This document shows positions 50,653 through 61,788 of a stretch of 64,000 nt of DNA, one piece after another (position 1 is the first letter of the stretch; every line of letters begins with the position of its first letter). The position numbers were made by a program, and so were the translations under genes. The DNA lies in the NCBI GenBank assembly GCA_964304625.1, contig OZ199838.1:14751907-14815906 (forward strand), read 5' to 3'. The notes under the pieces were generated by a model. That model was not told the DNA's origin and made no database searches. It worked only from the letters and a program-made list of their open reading frames with translations. The stretch comes from Kudoa neothunni. Its lineage: Eukaryota; Animalia; Cnidaria.

Positions 50653-51365
50653 TTAAAAGAACCATTGTACTATAAAATACATCAAGGGAAAAAGGAAATA
50701 AAATATTTTGTAAAAGTTATTGATATAATAAGCACTGATTGGCCACAGTGACCACCTCGAGATATTCGAGGGTTGAAACATACTTTCCGTTAGTATTTTT
50801 TGAATATTTGGTTCAAACATATTATCTGTGGTTTGCGATACAATGTCGCATCCTAGTTTACATTCAATATTGAGAGGCTTACATGATATCTCATTATTTT
50901 CGAAATACTTTACGATATTAATTTGATTATGGTTATAGTCAAAATTATTATTTCTACACATAGTTTTTCTTCAATTTCACCTTTGCCATTACAACTAATT
51001 TCATTGGATACACTCAAATTCTCATTTTCTGTTTAAAAAATCATATTCGCAATGATTAATTGGAATTCCGTACTTTCTCTAACATTCTATAATTGTATCA
51101 GATAAAACGTCTTCTCGGACTCTTAAATAAATGCATGTATTCCAACCATGTGCATTTGGATTCATGAGGGCATTCAGAAAGAGATAGTAAGGTTTACACA
51201 AAATATTTCTGTAGTTTGATTTGAAATGATGGATCATTCTCAAGTCTAATAGTTGCAATGAACTCGTTTATTTTGAAGTCAAAAATAACAATTTGATAGA
51301 TTCTAGATTTTCTAGCTTCTTTGGATATGCTCCGCGTTGATCCAGAATTGTCAATACATGCCTAT
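50653..51365 (-). pseudogene. Frameshifted remnant of an unknown Cys-containing protein with a hydrophobic C-terminus
   Basis: 102-codon ORF ending FYKIFYFLFPLMYFIVQWFF, preceded by short open stretches in changing frames. No family recognised. Confidence 0.25.
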
Positions 51366-51736
51366 AATACTGCTTGAATTTTTGATTAAGCATATTAAAA
51401 TGAATGTGCTAGGTCAGTAAATACATATAAAGATAAATCATGATTAAAGTAACAATTTTAACTATGAGATGGACATTTGGCTCATGCTAGATATGGATAG
51501 CTTATTCGTATTTTGTTAGATTTGATTTTTTTAAAATTATATTAGATAAGGTTTGCAAACGCATTTATTAATCATCCCTAAATTAACGATTTTTATATTT
51601 TGAATAAACGCACGATAAAAATATTTCATTGGAATAGCAGTAAATCATCCATTGTTGATATGTTTATTATAATTTATGATCATCTCGTGATTAAACGAGA
51701 AAATGTCTGCTGAAGGACGAACAAAAATAATAAATA

Positions 51737-53060
51737 CTGTCGAGATTGGGTATTGCGTAATTTAAGATTTGCATTATGAAGATAATTACATTTGACTTTA
51801 GTTTTGAACATCTACATTTATTTCATTTAATAAATTATTAATTTAAAAAAAATAAAAAATTTTTTTTCTAAATGTCTCTGACTCATTATTGCGTAACGAA
51901 CAAGTCAATGTGACCCGATATTGCGTGCTTTTATTCTCAATATGTCAAGGAAATAATAGGATATTTCTAGAAAAATTCGAATAATACAATATTTAAATTC
52001 AGAAAAAACAGTAAAAGGTACCAAGAAAATGACGGTTGGAAAATTTATGTTTAGTGTCATAGTGGGTTTTATTCTATTTTAGTATTTATCTTCACGGAAA
52101 ATCAATGTCTAACAGAGTCCCTTCCCATGAAAACAAGTTGAAAAAGTCAGCGTTGCAGGAAGTATAAAGAAACAATCAAAAGGCAGATTCATCGACTTAG
52201 ATGAAGTTTATCAAAAAACGCACGAATGGTTACATTATTTCTGGAGACGTAATTCTTGGAATTGTTCCCATCATTGCGAAAAGAGTGAACTTCAAAATTT
52301 TAAAACAAGAAATGGATGGTTATCGGGGGTGTAAAAAAGAGTTGGGATCATTTTTAAACATTTTCATGATGAAGTCGCGAGAATTATCCTTACAGTTATT
52401 GATTCATGAATCTATGAAAATAAAAATCCGATAAGTGCCTATAGTCCATGAGATAATATATATTTATGAAACTTTTTTGTTTCATGAGCAACTACATAAA
52501 AACAATTATGTAGGAAAGGAAGAAAATGGTATAATGATAAAAACCTATCGAAAAAGAGTGTCGATCTTGGTATTATGTCCTTTAGGTGGAGAAAAGTTTC
52601 CCGTATTCATAATTGGAAAACATTAAAATATTAGTTGCTTCAAATAGCTCAAAAACTATCTTATTCGTAGTATCCTCCCAAAAATTCCTGGATGACCTCT
52701 GCTATTTATTCCAGACAATCAAAAATCCAAATTATAAAATGGAGTCCGAGAAACCAAAAACAATAATCCTGCTGAACTAATGTCCAGTACATCCAAAAAG
52801 TATAATTTTTTGTTGCGATATAAATTTTCTTCTTTTATTCAAAAACACAACAAATGTTTTTCAACCACTTGAGTTAGGTGTAATTTTATTGCCTTAAAGT
52901 AAATATAGAAAAATAATGTTTAGTCATATGATATATGATGATTCGTCAATGATTAAATACATTTAACTTAATGCAACTTTAACTCCCAAAAAACATAGAA
53001 CAGCATCTCATCAGAAATTATCGTCCACTTGTTTAAAAAAATCTGTATACTTCGGGGAGA
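51737..53060 (+). mobile_element. pogo/Tigger-like transposon, degenerate DDE_1 transposase
   Basis: Left end TA|CTGTCGAGATTGGGTATTGCGTAA related to the 15044 TIR. Fragments NGWL, KRVSILVLC..GGEKFPVFIIGK, NSWMT, ILLN*CPVHP, NTTNVFQPLELGV with stops and frameshifts; right TIR not found. Confidence 0.85.
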
Positions 53061-53940
53061 TAAAAGCTAATGTGAACCGCTAAATTCTATTTACTGTGAT
53101 AGGACAGGAGATACGGGAGAAATAATAAAATTTGTGAAAAGATCTAACTACGAATTAAAAATCAAATTCTACCATTTTTTAGCTTAAAAAACAAGGAAAC
53201 GAACTTAGGTGACGATAACATACCTAATTGTGAGAATAAAAATTACGAGGTCGAATTAATCGCAAAAACTCAATGCAGAATGAAATCGGATCCAACGATG
53301 AACAACCAACAGTTTCGGTAAAAGAAACGTAATCAGAAGCAAGTATTTTAATTAAAGCATCCATTTTATTGGATCCATCAATAATCTTCGATTTCCGTCC
53401 AATAATGAATCGATTATTCAAAATATCATCTCAAAAGTGGCATCAATCAAAAATTCCCTTTTATAAGGAAAAAGTATCTTGATACTCGATTACTCAAACG
53501 ACTAACTTCAAACTGTCATGGTGGCACAAACACAAACGAACGAGATTTTCACGAACGGAAGTGCCTTCATTGTACGCTAATATGATATTGATAATTCGAT
53601 AATAGATTTACAATAGTAGATATGAACGCTAAAGAATAATTTTTCAATTTTGTTCGATCCAAGATTGTTAATGCTATAAATTATATCGATGGTTCCTAAA
53701 AATTTCTCGCGCTTTCATCTCCCCACAAAATGATGTACGACCAACAATTTTTATTATCGAGGAAAAGAACTTTTTCAGATAAATAATTAATCAACACACG
53801 CAAATAGTTTATTTTAACGAATAGGAACGTCTCAATCCAAAATGAATACTGTTGGATGATAAAACGCCGGATAAAGGGAACACACATAAGGATCAATTAC
53901 AAAAATATAATACAAAAAAACAGTTTCCTTAATACTAAAG

Positions 53941-54597
53941 TTAAATTTTGGATATTTCATCTAATTCTTCTTCCATATTGATTGATTTGAGTGTTGTTGA
54001 GGATTCTGAATCAGCCTTATTTTTAAACTAAAAAATGGCACATAAATATTATGTTGGGTCAGTTTAAAAGAAAATATACCACTGAATTTATAATCGATAC
54101 AAAAACCTTCGCCATCTTTTTCTGTGGTATCTTTTTTTCTTCGACCGCTGCAATAACAAATTCGATTTTTGTTAACAGTCGGTTATACAAAAATAACTTT
54201 TTCTAAATATCATTATACAAGTGATTAAATTGAAAATATATCACTTCTAATGTGGATATCTTTTCCGGTACGTTTGAAATATTATTCAAATTAGCCAAAA
54301 TGCTCAAACAAGTTTCATCATTAGTTGAGTCGATAATACTAAAAACCTACAGATGATGGTAATTTTTAAACAAAACCAATCAAATTTAACAAACCTTTTC
54401 GCAATTAAAATGAATTTCTTTAATCTCGCTCTCAAGAATTTTAACAATCTCATCTACTGGATCAAGCTAAATCAATTCAAACCAGTTATAACAACCTTTC
54501 AACTTACTAAACCATCCAACAAGTCGTTAATTTCGCAAGAATCAGCCAACTTTTTGAGTATTTGTTGGTTTTCGTCAGTGATAAAACTATCATTCAT
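53941..54597 (-). CDS. Snapin/Pallidin-family (BLOC-1/BORC subunit) coiled-coil protein, 157 aa; exons 54597-54508, 54466-54395, 54346-54245, 54202-54080, 54027-53941
   Basis: Four phase-0 GT-AG introns of 41-52 nt give an uninterrupted frame. GLLDPVDEIVKILESEI...IIDSTNDETC and KISTLEKKLFLYNRLL align by eye to Snapin GLLEFLRPAVQQLDSHV...QIDNLATELC and KLLNARRRVVLVNNIL. The gene model is stronger than the family call. Confidence 0.65.
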
Positions 54598-54722
54598 TGA
54601 TATATGACTTATAGTGCAAGAGAATTTAAATTGTGCTAAACTTATAGGAAAGAACACTAATCTGTCCAGCAATAAGCAGATATTCGGATGCATTCGCTTA
54701 GCTTCGTGCCATAGGGTTGGAT
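54598..54722. promoter_or_regulatory. Putative bidirectional promoter between the Snapin-like and SR genes
   Basis: Only 125 nt separate two divergent start codons. Confidence 0.55.
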
Positions 54723-56446
54723 ATGGAGAAAACTCAGACATTAGCTACTGCCGAATGTAGTGCGTCTACTAATGAAACTTTCAAAAAATCCACAATCATA
54801 AGATTATGTAATTTGTCTGGTTCTGTGACTGAAAAAATGGCCAGACAATTGCTTGAAAATTTCTCTCCGCTAGAAGAATTCGTCATGTATCCAAAAGAGT
54901 ATCATTTATCCGCTATTTATGGACAATATAAGCTGTAACACTGTTCTAGTAAATCTATTCCAACCGCAACAAAAGTTGTGTACGCGAGATTTAAAGATCC
55001 CGAGGCGTACAAATGTGCTATTCATCTTACGAGCTCTTTGTTGCTTGATCGACCTTTAATAGTAGTTCCAATGTCTTCGAGTAGTTATTAATATATTCAA
55101 ATTTGAATTGAATGCATTGAATTTTTAGATGAAATTCCTTCCGAAGTTAGTGCTATAAATACGGCCACTCAATTGTCTTCTGAAGAAGTCTCCCAAGTAA
55201 TCAACTATGTTTTGACTGCCGAACTGATAGCTAATCGTAAATTACCATGTTTAGTTGGTTGTCGGTGGTGCTTTGGTTGGAAGTGGTATAAATGTAAGTT
55301 GTTGCAATTTAAGCAATGTGTTTTATTATTGTGTGAAAGATTGCGTTAAATTTTGGATTTCCTTACGTTCCCACACCCCCCGAGTTACCCCCAGATTACT
55401 CATCCAGACGTCAGAGTGAAGTAAGACGTACAATCTTTGTGAACAACATCCACCCAGATGTAATTAGTTTATGAGTAATGGACGTTCTGTAACAATGATT
55501 TTCGATAGGTAACTGCTGAAGTATTGTTGACATTGTTTTCCGGTGTCGGTGAGGTGCGTTATATTAGATTATTTGATGATAAAACCTCTCCCAACAAGTA
55601 TTTTTCTAATCAAGTAAACATCAGTTAATAATTTGGCTAGATGTGCATTTGTCGAATTCACCGAATCAACTACTGTTTATCCAGCGTTGCAGTTTCATGA
55701 ATTCCCTCTTTTTGAATTGCCTATTGGGTATGTGCTGTTGTGTTGATATTGTTATGAAACGAAATGTTTTTGTGTAGTGTTACGTTTGCAGTGACCTCCA
55801 TCAACAAAGATACACAAGTCTCATCGGTAACGTCTAAATCTAAATCTTCAAGGTGGACTAACATTGAACGAATTGCTATATTTAACCAATTTCTTATTAC
55901 TTTAGAAGTCCATCCAGGAAAGCTTATAGGTCGCCTAGTAGGAGATCACCGAGTAGGTCACGACGATCTCCCTCTCACAGGAGAAGATCTCGATCTCGCG
56001 AAGTTTCAAGGAGACATCGTAGAGATTCAGGTTCAAGAGACCGTGTTTCGAAATCTCGTCGAAGCAAAAGCCCTAAGCCAGAACGCAGCCATAAAAAACG
56101 TTCAAGATCCCGCGATGATGAACATTACGAATCGAAACGTGCCAAGAAACGTAGAAGAACTTCTTCGGTTTCTTCAGACAAAGATGCCGAACGAAAGTCA
56201 CGTAAGAAATCCAAAAGCGGAAAATCCTCCTCAAGAAAAAAGTCTCATTCCAGTTCTGTTGAAAACTCCCCTAAACGCAGTAAACGCCATTCTTCTCACA
56301 AAGACGATTCGGCACGTAAAAGAGAATCGAACGATAAACACAACCATGATGCTAATTCACCCTCTGTGGATTGGTCAGAAGAAGAACGATTGTATCTTGA
56401 ATCTAAGAAAAATGACCAACATTTGAATAGTTCGAACCAGCAATAG
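54723..56446 (+). CDS. SR-related splicing factor with two RRMs and an RS domain (SRSF11/SREK1-like), 9 exons
   Basis: IRLCNLS...MYP, VVYARFKD...AIHLT..LLLDRPLIVVP...EIP; EVRRTIFVNNI, GVGEVRYIRL, CAFVEF. Last exon 55906-56446 encodes SPSRKAYRSPSRRSPSRSRRSPSHRRRSRSR. Confidence 0.88.
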
Positions 56447-58342
56447 ACGTCACTCCTACCTAATAAATAAAAAAGCCCAATCAACTCCAACTGACGATTC
56501 TACTCTCTTATTTTTATTAATTCATCTTCGTCTCCGTCCAATTATTACAATATACAATATCGACTCGATTCTATTGTTGTGTTTATGTGTATAATAGTAT
56601 TTAAGTTTGCGAATTTTTATACGTGCGTTAAATTTTAACGAATGCAAAAGGTCTTTTCGTTGATAGGGCCTGAATTTTTTAGTCTCGTACATTCGTATTT
56701 TGTATTGAATCCAAGGATATTTGATATGTGTTTTGGAACAAATTCAGAGTAGTCCCATGCGGTTGTAGAATTTTTACGGGAGTTTACCTTGTGATTTTAT
56801 CCGTTGCTTTATGACATTCGGTTGGAACAGCGCTTCTTGAATCAAGTCGAGTTTGTATCTACATATAATGTATAATGACGAGATGAATGAAAAATTTAAC
56901 TTTGTGAGAAAAATTGGATCGTTTTTTTATTTCATTTAACTTATTAAAGGAATGAAAATTATTCTTTGTAGCTCAATGCTTAATACATTAGGTGACCAAA
57001 GACTCGCAAAACCGTTGATTTGTAATTTGATTAATAATTTTATAGATAAGATGAATTTGAATTGAAATAAGCAAAAATAGAATTATTGAATGATTTTGAA
57101 TATTTTAATAATTAATTGAATAAAAAACAAAATTATCGGTGAAATGCCAACATTGGTTGATGAGTTAATTTATCAAATATCTGGATTGGTTAAAAAGAAA
57201 ACATATTTTTGTTTTCTCATTGGAGATTTCTTAAAAGATAAAAAATAAAATTATTAAGAGCACAAATATGCTGAGGAAATTGAACTAAAAGTAATAATGG
57301 AATCTGCTAGCGTTTACCAACGAGAAAATATACAGTAAGAGTTATTGGCACTCTCCGGTAGTGAAAATAATACAGTGATTGGTTTTTCAAATATTGAAAA
57401 ATTGATGAATCAGGTTATTTTATATTGTGTAAATTACGCCAATATTTGTTTCATGTACCGCGAACATCCGTAATTGTGGAACGAAGTTTTACAAAACTGA
57501 GGCATTAACTCACAGAATAATGAACTTATTTAATATAGAAAATTTGGAAAATGTTTCTAATCTTATATTTTAGAGGAATTTATACAAATATTATTTATTT
57601 CATCGAATTTTTCGTAATCTCGATGGCGGATGCGCTATTAGTGGAACAAACGTCGAAAATTATGACCTCTAATTATAAGCTATTTCAAAAATTTAAAGTA
57701 GAAGTTGAATTTTTCGCTTTATAAAAATTTATATCTTATTGATTAAGAATAATTATGCATGCTGCAGAATTTGTATATTTACTTTGTAGGATTTTTGATA
57801 TTTTTATGATCAAATAAACAGGAATAAACTTATTTTTAATTTATCCAAAAAATCATTTTCTGAAACTAAACGATTGCTAAAAATATATACATTAAAATAT
57901 ATTTTATAATACAGGTTTTCGAAATCAAATCTTTAATTCAGTAAAATCGTTTTATATTAATTGTAAACGCTTTTATTGTAGTAGTAATCTAAATGATCAA
58001 TAATTAAATATATTGCAGAAAAAGTTTAATTTATTTTTTATTAAATATTGTTTGTATTATTAATTATGTTTGTTCTTAATAAGAAAAAAATGGAATGGGA
58101 TAATACATGAGCTAAGATATGGCAAATTCCAACATTTTAACATAAATATATTTTATTTACATTTTAACGCTCTCAATTAATTTTCACAGAACAATTTTCG
58201 AAACAAATAAACGAAAAAATTGATAGGCAGGGTGAGTTTTAATGGTCACGGAGTATATTTCTGCCACTCTCAAGACTCTACTAAATAGAGCGCATTTACG
58301 CAAATAAATTTAAAAATCTAAACCATCATTAACCTTCAAATG

Positions 58343-58581
58343 CAGTGTTTCCAACGGGAGGCATGAAAAAATTTTGAGGCATGGAAATTTTTAAACGTTT
58401 AATGAATCGCTCTGGTGTGACAGATAATGATGAGATAATTGGACAGTATGACGTATTTTGAAATCAATATCACTCTTTTTTAAGTGACGATTAACATCAC
58501 AAAAAATTTTGAGAAAGGTGGGAACGAAACATTTTTTATGGAAAAAGTGGGACGCGATCCAAAACAGGTTGTGAAACATTG
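58343..58581. mobile_element. hAT/Charlie-like MITE
   Basis: CAGTGTTTCCAAC...GTTGTGAAACATTG termini; a related end CAGTGTTTCCCAA occurs at 26198. Confidence 0.6.
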
Positions 58582-60025
58582 CTTTAATGGACCGAAAATC
58601 GACTGCACTCTGATGGACCCTGGGGTATAAAACTACCCTGGATTTTTATTTGATTGCTTGTTACAACAAAAATCCGTAAGAAGAAATATTGAAGATTTCG
58701 ACGGATAAAAAAGAAGAATAGAATGTTGTAGCGCAAATAAATTCGTTAATAATCCCGATAATTCAATCCAACAAATATCACTTTCGCCAACAATTGTCGT
58801 ATTAGTTTTTAATTCTGATTTCGATTGGTTGTGTGTTGTTCTAATTAAGACTTTTAAAATTAAAATATTAATCTACATAATTCCTTCACATGTTCCTTGT
58901 ATCATATATAAATTGCATTTAATGCAAACAAGACTCACAAACATTTATTAGGTTGTTCTAACCAAAATTTGTTGAAAATTGCGCGCACAACGGTTTTTAA
59001 TCCATTTTCTTGGAATTGGGATTAAAGGCGGTTTAAGATTTTTCGTTTCCATGATTCTCTCCATTAGTAAGTCATATAATAATTTCGCCATCATTTCAAG
59101 AACTTGCTCTGAAAAATATCGTCACCAAAAAATGGTTTTATATTGAATCACGTGACCTGCTTACATTTTGTAAACGTTATATTGTAAAATCTAGTCTATA
59201 GAAAATCCTAAAACTCATCATTTAAATTAAAAATTATTTCTTCTTTGACCTTAGCCAAAAAAATTGTGGGGTAGTTTTCTTCCCAAAGTCCATCGGAGGA
59301 TGGAAAATGTATATTTCCGTTAAAACAATAGATAAAAATTGTTACTTTATTTCAATACGTAAACAAAATTATTTTGAAGGAATGCAAGTAGTCTCAAAAC
59401 GTTTTAAATTATAAGTAAAGAATTATACAATAAACAAATTCTCATTGGAGTAGATTTCTACACCAAATCCCTTAGGGGGTTAAAGTATATAAAATTTGCC
59501 ATTTTTCCAACACATTTTAAAAACGAAATACATTTTTAAATAATTCGTGATACCACTTATCGCATTGAGCCATTCATATTTCTATTTGCACAAACCGATT
59601 CGAATTTAAAAACTCCATTTGATTTAACTAAATAATCCTCCTGAATTGTTTAGGCTGTAATAAAGTTAATGGAACAAACAAAATAATAATTTTTCAGCCG
59701 GGAAAAAATTAAATAGTTTATTAATATTATATTATTTTCTCTATTGATGAGATAACTTTGATGTATTTTTTTTATTAAATTTCATTATAAAAATGGCGTA
59801 TGCTTGCTTTTCTCTTTACACGATTCAATGTTCATTTTAAATGGAAAATGGCCGAAAAGATTAGGACGAACAATTATTTCACTAAAATTAGACTGTATTA
59901 TGTAACGAAAACTATCATTTAGAAAGATTAACTTTAAATATATTTTCGAAGTTGTTTGTGGCTCTAATCCGTAAGCAATTTTTAAAGAACAAGCCATTCA
60001 ATTTAAATTAATAATTATCATAATA

Positions 60026-61788
60026 CAGTCGAACTCCGTTTATCCAAACATCGCGTTATCCGTACGATTTTTTAAAATTAATTTGAAAATGATGTAGGTT
60101 CTAAATAAAAAAATTTCGTTTAACCGAAATTTCAGCAACCGCAATCTGAAACAACATAACGTAGATAATCTAGTATTTTATGTTCAAAATGCAACCATGC
60201 TGATGATGAATAGATAAATGTTAGGAAAAGACAACTTCCCTTATATCTTTTCATGAATAATATAATATAAAAAATGGAATTTATGGGATTGTTTAATCAC
60301 AAATTAGCAGTAACTTTAAAAGACCAATTTATCCACGGAGATGGTCCATTTCAACAAGGTTCAAAAATCTGTTTTTCCCATCACACCTCTACTTTTAAGT
60401 CTTTTTTGAGTCGTAACAATTATTAATCAAAATTACATTATAGGAATAAACAATATCTTAATTAAAGAAGAAATTCTAAATATTGCTATGGAGAACTCTG
60501 AGAAAATACCTCTCATTGTTACTTAAATTATTCTTATTGCCCTTATTGGTATAACCCACAATATCGAAATAGGGAGGAAATTATAAAAAAATTAATAATA
60601 GTCCATATTTTAAAATCTAAAATGTATCCTTCTAACATGACACATATCGATAGTACGCGTGTGCCGACTGATTGATCTAAAATTTTTGTACCTTAACCCT
60701 TCCTGTACCAAGCTCAAAAAATTCCATATGGGCCCATGGGGTATCTACAGGATCTCAGGAGAAATCAGCTTAAAACTATTTTTTCCCAATTTCAAGTAAA
60801 TAAAAACATCTTTACAAGATATTTTAACCCATAAACATTTCATATATTATTGTTTATCATCGGTCATGAAATTTGATTCACCGATTGGTATTCTACAATT
60901 TAAGCATCAAGCTACCCAAAATAAATCTTTTATAAAAAATTTTTTAGATATTATGTAGTTCCAAGTTCTGAAAAAATCCAATTTCGGATAGAGCTTTTAA
61001 TTTCATGGAGAAGTGTACCAACAAACCTATCAACATACCAATGAAAATATTTGGGTAACAAGGGCACACGAGATCATCCTCAGGCTATGGCAACGCCTTA
61101 ATCTCAAAATCAGGCTTCTACTCCATGTTATGCATTAAACATCCATCAAACCCTATTACACGGTTAAATTAAGTTTAAGCATAATCACGATGAAACTCTC
61201 GACTCTACAACGAAACAACATTCATCAGACCACGATTGTTATGAATTAATGTTCGTTAATCCTTATATTTTAAATTTGAAAATATCTAGCCTAAATTAAA
61301 ATTATTTAAATATTCAAAAACATATAAATGAATATTTTTCAGTCGCAACAATGATAATTATGAACGAAAACATCGGACCAATTAAAAATTTGAAGCCATA
61401 CGTCTTGTGAAGAGTTAAATTCAAATTTTTACCTATTGATCTGCTAAATTAATATGGAAGCATTCATAAAATCTCAATAGAATAAATTTTGTCTATTAGC
61501 AATTAGGAAGAAATTATCTTATTTGGGTACCTAATATACTCCGCCTGGTACCAGAAAGGGTAGTAATTTTCCCATATTTTATTCGCAAGTTTAATCTATA
61601 TATAGTAAGAATTGTCTTTAAAAATATAAAACAAATATTTAATAATGCAAAATAAAAAAGAATCTAAACAACCTACAATTTTTCCCCCTTCGCACGTGCG
61701 CATACGCCAAACTTCGTTTAACCGAAATTTCAGTATCCGAAGGAAAATTGCAAGATCCCAACATTTTTGGGTAAACGGGGCTCGATTT
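60026..61788. mobile_element. pogo-like non-autonomous element
   Basis: TA|CAGTCGAACTCCGTTTATCC...GGGTAAACGGGGCTCGATTT|TA; the motif TTCGTTTAACCGAAATTTCAG is repeated near both ends. Confidence 0.7.
60697..61560. mobile_element. piggyBac-like MITE nested in the pogo-like element
   Basis: TTAA|CCCTTCCTGTACC...GGTACCAGAAAGGG; right TTAA degraded. Confidence 0.6.

Noticed and set aside
2378-56446. Seven genes on the + strand suggested polycistronic transcription
   Set aside because: The Snapin-like gene is on the - strand in a divergent pair, and most + genes are separated by kilobases of transposon DNA.
11022-56446. Non-canonical introns or an alternative genetic code
   Set aside because: Every intron I reconstructed is GT-AG, genes end in TAA or TAG, and conserved motifs translate with the standard code.
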